A stretch of DNA of 64,000 nt from positions 34,564-98,563 of IMG/VR virus record IMGVR_UViG_3300023178_000019. One strand, written 5' to 3'. Positions 59,114 through 64,000 of this stretch are shown here, piece after piece. The notes beneath the pieces are model-generated. The model had not been told where the DNA came from and made no database searches. It saw only the letters and a list, made by a program, of their open reading frames with translations. This stretch comes from a virus. The stretch's first letter is position 1. Each line of letters begins with the position of its first letter. The translations under genes were made by a program, and so were the position numbers.

Positions 59114-61306
59114 TTATACGCTCCTCAACATATCTGTTCCTAAATTTCCAATGCCTCTTCTAATTTTATCTGAAGATTGTGCTGATCTTTGATTTACAGC
59201 AACTAGTTCTTCTAATTTTGGTACTAATGTATTATTCATTGCTTCTTCTAAAGGACCTCGTAACCTCATAGCCATATCTTGCATTGTTCTTTCAACTGTA
59301 TTAGTTTCTGTCGAACTTGGCTGTATACTTGCCATTTCAGTAGGTAAAGTCCTTATAGTATTTAACATTCCGTCAAGCATTCCGGTTGTATTTGTGGTAG
59401 TATCTGATAGACTAGCTGATAGTGATCTAATTGCACCTAGTGCAGAACTTTCAACAATGCTTGCCATTTGATCAGGAGTAACAACAGCTTCAAGCCCGTG
59501 CAAGTTTACTGCTGTACTTTTACCAAAGTTTTCGAATAATCTTCCAACAGTTCCTAAAGATCCAAAGTTTCTGTTTGGATTCATTTCTGACATCATATTT
59601 CTTATTTCTTCTAATTGTTCTGGACTTAACGAATTAGGATTTGGTGCAGAAGGATTTAAAGTAGAATTATCCATTATAGTTCTTAAGGCTGCTGTTAGTG
59701 TATCTATTTCTGATTTTAATGCAGTATTACTTGTGTCTCTTGCGTACTCTTGTGTTTTATTTGAAAGGTCATCGATTATGTTTGTCATTTGGTCAACATC
59801 AGTAGCTTCAAAACCTAATGTGTTCATTCTATCAACAAACAAAGAAGCATCTCTTTGAAGTTGAGTAGACGCTGCTACGGTTGCCATAACTTGACTGTTT
59901 GTATCGTGAAATGCTCTAGCTGCATCACCAATCGGACCTTCGATTGTAGCTAAAATATCTCCTAACACATCTCGGCCTTCAATAAATTGTACAAATCTAT
60001 CAGCCGCAGCAGTTAAAGTATTAAATATTCCGTTAACAACAGCTTCTTGCGCACTCATAGCTACTGACTGAAGTTGTCGTATGCCGCTTAAATATTGATC
60101 TAATAATTGTTGAGACTGAGAAGTTCTTGATGTTTGATTTCTTCTTTCTTCTGTGATAATTGCATCCATTGCTTGAGCAATCTGATCACCTGACAGATCT
60201 TCAGGTGCAGTTTCAGGAAACATTTCAAGTGCTTTTGCTCTAATTACATCTCCGCTTAGTGCTAGGCCACTACTAAGCTCAGTCATAATATTCATCGAAC
60301 CTTGAGAAATTTCAGTTGCACTACCTAGCATTGCTTGTCTAATCAAGAACTGATTGTTTCTAAGTTGTGTTGCTTCACCTAATGCAGCGTCCATTAACAT
60401 TTGTGCTCTTGTTTCATCGCCGTCTAAAAATGCTTGGCGAGCTTCCATTAGTGCATCTCTTAGTCCAGGTGCTGCTGCGTTTAATGCTCTCATTTCAGGA
60501 TCATCCATATTTGGAAATCCTCTTGTAAGAATATCAACTGCAAAATCTTTAACACTAGGTGCAACTTGTCTAAGTGCTAGTAATCCGTTATCAAGTTCGT
60601 CTCTTACATCTTGGTCAAGCATTTGTCCAAATGCAAATACATTACCTTGTCTAGATATTTCAGCTTGTTCTTCAGCAAGAGCATCTGTTTGTTTGCCTGT
60701 AAGTCTTGCCAATTCGTCAAGTGTTTTTGCATATTCAGCTGCTGCTAGATTACGTTCTCTTTCATTCATTCTAGACCTAATGCCTTGAATGGTTGCTAGT
60801 GAATCAAATGATGCAAACGTTTCGCTCAATGTTTGCGAAGTATAACCGAGACGTTCAAGTTCAATTCGTTGTTCATTGAACAACCCATTAGATTCGGCCA
60901 TAAACGCTGCTTGGGCTGATAAAAATGCTTGAGCACCTGCATTAGCAGTTCCTCCCATTGCAGCAAATTCTATATTATTTTGTTGAACAATTTTTGCAAA
61001 GTCTTCGATTCGAAGATTAGCACGACCGACCCCTAGGATCATTTGGTCTATTTCATTATTAAAATGTATACCAGAACGTGTAAGTCCTTGCCATATACTA
61101 ATGTATCCTTCAGCAAATGCCATTGAATCGGCAAACATCTTCATGCCAGGTGCTGCGGCCATAATAGGAGCCATAGCTTGAGGAGCACCGCGAACAATGC
61201 TACCGACCATGCTGCCTAAACCGTCAATGGCTTGATTTAATCTGTTAAAGGCACCAGTATTTCTGTTTACTGACTCAGTATTTTCATTTCTGGTTTCTTC
61301 TGCCAA
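59114..61306 (-). CDS. Tape-measure-like / baseplate hub tail-length protein, TTG start
   Basis: Long alpha-helical A/Q/M-rich protein with LHGLEAVVTP near the C-terminus. Divergent from the gp26-like gene. GGAG RBS. Confidence 0.65.
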   Translation of the reverse strand: MAEETRNENTESVNRNTGAFNRLNQAIDGLGSMVGSIVRGAPQAMAPIMAAAPGMKMFADSMAFAEGYISIWQGLTRSGIHFNNEIDQMILGVGRANLRIEDFAKIVQQNNIEFAAMGGTANAGAQAFLSAQAAFMAESNGLFNEQRIELERLGYTSQTLSETFASFDSLATIQGIRSRMNERERNLAAAEYAKTLDELARLTGKQTDALAEEQAEISRQGNVFAFGQMLDQDVRDELDNGLLALRQVAPSVKDFAVDILTRGFPNMDDPEMRALNAAAPGLRDALMEARQAFLDGDETRAQMLMDAALGEATQLRNNQFLIRQAMLGSATEISQGSMNIMTELSSGLALSGDVIRAKALEMFPETAPEDLSGDQIAQAMDAIITEERRNQTSRTSQSQQLLDQYLSGIRQLQSVAMSAQEAVVNGIFNTLTAAADRFVQFIEGRDVLGDILATIEGPIGDAARAFHDTNSQVMATVAASTQLQRDASLFVDRMNTLGFEATDVDQMTNIIDDLSNKTQEYARDTSNTALKSEIDTLTAALRTIMDNSTLNPSAPNPNSLSPEQLEEIRNMMSEMNPNRNFGSLGTVGRLFENFGKSTAVNLHGLEAVVTPDQMASIVESSALGAIRSLSASLSDTTTNTTGMLDGMLNTIRTLPTEMASIQPSSTETNTVERTMQDMAMRLRGPLEEAMNNTLVPKLEELVAVNQRSAQSSDKIRRGIGNLGTDMLRSV

Positions 61307-61332
61307 ATCTATTCTCCAGGTAAAACGTCAAT

Positions 61333-61361
61333 TATAAATAATAACGTATAATATATTTATC
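61333..61361. promoter_or_regulatory. Pair of oppositely oriented late promoters
   Basis: TATAAATA on + (61333-61340) toward gp26 and GATAAATA on - (61361-61354) toward the tape-measure-like gene. Confidence 0.7.
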
Positions 61362-61376
61362 CTAAGGATTATATGC

Positions 61377-62216
61377 ATGGAAAATACACAAAGCCCTCTT
61401 CAAAAATATAAGAGACAGCCTAAGTTATATATAGACTTACCAAGCCAAGGTGCTTGGTATAATAATGATATAGCTGAAAAATATGAAGAATTAGAAGTTT
61501 TTAGCATGACTGCTAACGACGAGATTCTAGCTAAAACACCTGACGCATTGATTTCAGGAAACGCAACAGTAAAAATTATACAAAGTTGTATTCCTTCTAT
61601 AAAAAATGCTTGGTTACTAACTAATGCTGATTTTGATTATGTAATGGCTGCAATTAGATTAGCTTCGTTTGGTGAAGCAATAACTTTAAGTTCGAAGTGT
61701 ACTAGTTGCGGCAATGACGATGCATATAGTTTATCAGTTCAGTCTTTATTAGATCACGCTGCTGCGTTTAAAGGTACATTTGAAACACGTATTGAAGATT
61801 TTACTTTTAGACTTAGACCGTTAACATACAAAGAAATGGTTGAAAATCAGCAAGTTTCAATGAGAGTTAGACGAGAACTTGCACAGATTATATCAAGAAC
61901 TGACATTGACCAAGATAAAAAAGATGAATTAATGAATTCACTTTACGAACAAATTAATACTCAAACTGAAAATATTATTTGTAATGTAATTGTTGATGTT
62001 GTTACTCCTGACGGCGATGTTGAATCAAACATGGAGTTTATTAAAGATTTTGTAATTAATAATGATAGTGTATTCTTTAACGGAATACAAACAATATACT
62101 CAACAAACAATCAAGAACTAGAGATGCCGGCTACTGAAGTTGAATGTAGCGAATGTCAACACAAACAAAACATTAAGCCAAACTTGGACTATTCGAGTTT
62201 TTTCTTGAAAGTTTAG
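61377..62216 (+). CDS. gp26: Baseplate hub assembly protein (T4 gp26-like)
   Basis: RQPKLYIDLPS.G, MTANDEI, D.DY...AIR.ASFGE, CxxC pairs and C-terminal SSFF. Confidence 0.78.
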   Translation: MENTQSPLQKYKRQPKLYIDLPSQGAWYNNDIAEKYEELEVFSMTANDEILAKTPDALISGNATVKIIQSCIPSIKNAWLLTNADFDYVMAAIRLASFGEAITLSSKCTSCGNDDAYSLSVQSLLDHAAAFKGTFETRIEDFTFRLRPLTYKEMVENQQVSMRVRRELAQIISRTDIDQDKKDELMNSLYEQINTQTENIICNVIVDVVTPDGDVESNMEFIKDFVINNDSVFFNGIQTIYSTNNQELEMPATEVECSECQHKQNIKPNLDYSSFFLKV

Positions 62217-62257
62217 TCTCACTCTCGGATTCTGAAATTTTAGAATTATCAAAAAGT

Positions 62258-62437
62258 ATGGAGAACGAAGTAAAGCAAATCAAACACGAAGTTTATAAAC
62301 TTTCTTGGTATATGCGAGGAGGAGTAAACTCAAAAGATTTGCTTACTGACACTGACATAGAGGATATCGAAATTTTAGGAAAAATTGTTAAAGAAAATAT
62401 TGACGCTACTAAAAGTTCTAAAATGCCGATGATTTAA
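62258..62437 (+). CDS. Small ORF (59 aa, gp51-like by position), probably the -1 frameshift extension of gp26
   Basis: MENEVKQIKHEVYKLSWYMRGGV...MPMI*. No SD. The -1 frame is open back to the slippery site at 62198. Confidence 0.7.
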   Translation: MENEVKQIKHEVYKLSWYMRGGVNSKDLLTDTDIEDIEILGKIVKENIDATKSSKMPMI

Positions 62438-63738
62438 AAATCATTAAGATTAAATTTTCGACGCTCTGTATTATTATTTTGAGGATTTATTTGTATAGGT
62501 TGCGCCGGGCCGCCGGCTTCTATTTCATCACCTGATGCAGATGTAGCTTTTCCAAACTCTTTTTCAAATTCAAGCCCTAGTCTTTCAATTGCATCTACTC
62601 TTTCCATTTCGCTTACAGTATCTCCAAATTGAGGTACTACTTTTGAATTCCATTGTTCAGTAATAAGATTGTCAACAAACTCTGCTCCTGTATAACCCCA
62701 CAATGCTAGTTGATTAACATAATCTTTTGCAATGAATCCCATAATTACTTTTTGTACATCTGGATTGCTTGTAGCTGCTCTAATAGCAAAATATATAGCT
62801 GCTTCAACAGCTATGAACTGTAACAAATTTTTAAAAGCCATCAGTGCTTGACCTGGCAGGCCGCCAACAAATGCAGCAATTTGACTTGCTGTCATGTTTG
62901 CCATATTTGCAGCTCTAAATATTTTAACTATAGAAGAAAGCAAAAGTCTAGTGCCTGCTCTTAGAGCACCTATTAAATCAGGAACTGCAAAAGTAATAAA
63001 CCAAGCGCCAAATAGTTGTCTCGAAGATACTGCAAAATTTTCTGCTGATGTTTGATCATTAACAGAAGCATACATATTAATTAACATATCTTTTAAAGTA
63101 TCATATGCTGCCATACTAACACCTGGACGGAAGGTAAATGGAAATAGACTCCTCATAGTAGATGAAGTAGCTTGTCTTAAGAAAGAAATGTTGTTACGTG
63201 CCCATCTTCTTGGATTCTTCTTAGCTTCTTCGTCCATGGTTAAAAGTTTTCCACGTTGTGCTTCAACATCTCGTGCTATTTGGGCTCGACGAGCGTTAGC
63301 TTGTTGTGTAAACGCTTCTATTTCTTGTCTTGTGTATCTATGGCCACCATGTTCAATGAATCCGTCGCGACGTAATTGAGCTTGAATGCTTCTAGGTAGT
63401 TTTCCGTTACGGTCTTTGAGATCATCCCATTCTAAAGGAGGTTTGTTTGTTGTAGTAGGAATTGCATTGTTTGGTGCCGGCGACCCCGAAGCTCTAGGAT
63501 CAAAACTAGAATTTCTTCGTATTTCTAAATTAATAGTGTTGTTGTAGTTTTGTGCTGCCTGTGCATTATCAAAAGTTCTTACAATATAATTTGGATCAGT
63601 AGGTCTTAATCTTGTATCAACTACATTATATCCCAAAGAGGTATTTCCGGTACTCATAATAGTACCACTTTCAACTTCAAAAACTGATTCAACAAGAAGT
63701 TTTGCTGATTCTACAAATATCTCATTAATAGCAACCAT
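62434..63738 (-). CDS. Hypothetical late protein (434 aa)
   Basis: AAGGA RBS, ATAAATA upstream near 63760, hydrophobic helices in the C-terminal half. Confidence 0.65.
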   Translation of the reverse strand: MVAINEIFVESAKLLVESVFEVESGTIMSTGNTSLGYNVVDTRLRPTDPNYIVRTFDNAQAAQNYNNTINLEIRRNSSFDPRASGSPAPNNAIPTTTNKPPLEWDDLKDRNGKLPRSIQAQLRRDGFIEHGGHRYTRQEIEAFTQQANARRAQIARDVEAQRGKLLTMDEEAKKNPRRWARNNISFLRQATSSTMRSLFPFTFRPGVSMAAYDTLKDMLINMYASVNDQTSAENFAVSSRQLFGAWFITFAVPDLIGALRAGTRLLLSSIVKIFRAANMANMTASQIAAFVGGLPGQALMAFKNLLQFIAVEAAIYFAIRAATSNPDVQKVIMGFIAKDYVNQLALWGYTGAEFVDNLITEQWNSKVVPQFGDTVSEMERVDAIERLGLEFEKEFGKATSASGDEIEAGGPAQPIQINPQNNNTERRKFNLNDF

Positions 63739-64000
63739 GATTATTCCTTAATTACAAAGTATTTATTCATTTTTAATATCTACTTCGTAGATATTAGTTT
63801 TCGCTATCGCTCAAACTATGCACTTCGTTTGTTGATAGAAGTAAATGATATAAAGATCAAATCGTTATTACGAAGTAATAACGTTTAAGCTTCATGTAGA
63901 TTGTTTCAGTCAGACGGAACCTGTTACGGTTCCATCTAATCTCAAAACTTCATGTGAGTTCGTCACAGCCGAGACTTGGAAGTAGGTGTTTTCTGCTGTA

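Noticed and set aside
1-64000. tRNA genes, introns/inteins, integrase, reverse transcriptase/DGR, stop-codon reassignment
   Set aside because: No cloverleaf or such protein motifs were seen by eye, and core genes are intact under the standard code. A covariance-model scan was not run.

Overview
This window is part of the genome of a large, AT-rich T4-like myophage and covers its morphogenesis region. It holds the tail sheath (truncated at the left edge), the neck and tail-completion genes (gp13/14/15-like), about 32 kb of fibre-like and giant virion proteins, the major capsid, scaffold, prohead protease and portal, a tape-measure-like gene, and a gp26-like baseplate hub chaperone. Main observations: (1) an unannotated 23-codon pqqA gene (PQQ precursor peptide, ExxxY core) beside the capsid gene, with its own RBS, late-promoter motif and terminator; (2) back to back with it, a ~217-nt structured non-coding RNA with its own sigma70 promoter, terminator and two pairs of complementary loops; (3) an ADP-heptose synthesis operon (hldE, hldD, cupin, gmhB) facing a GT9 heptosyltransferase-like/carbamoyltransferase/2OG-oxygenase operon; (4) a T TTT TTC -1 slippery site that would fuse gp26 to a downstream small ORF; (5) several apparently leaderless genes; (6) phycobiliprotein-like CxRDxGY repeats in a 3740-aa virion protein. 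All calls come from reading motifs by eye. No database searches or folding computations were run.
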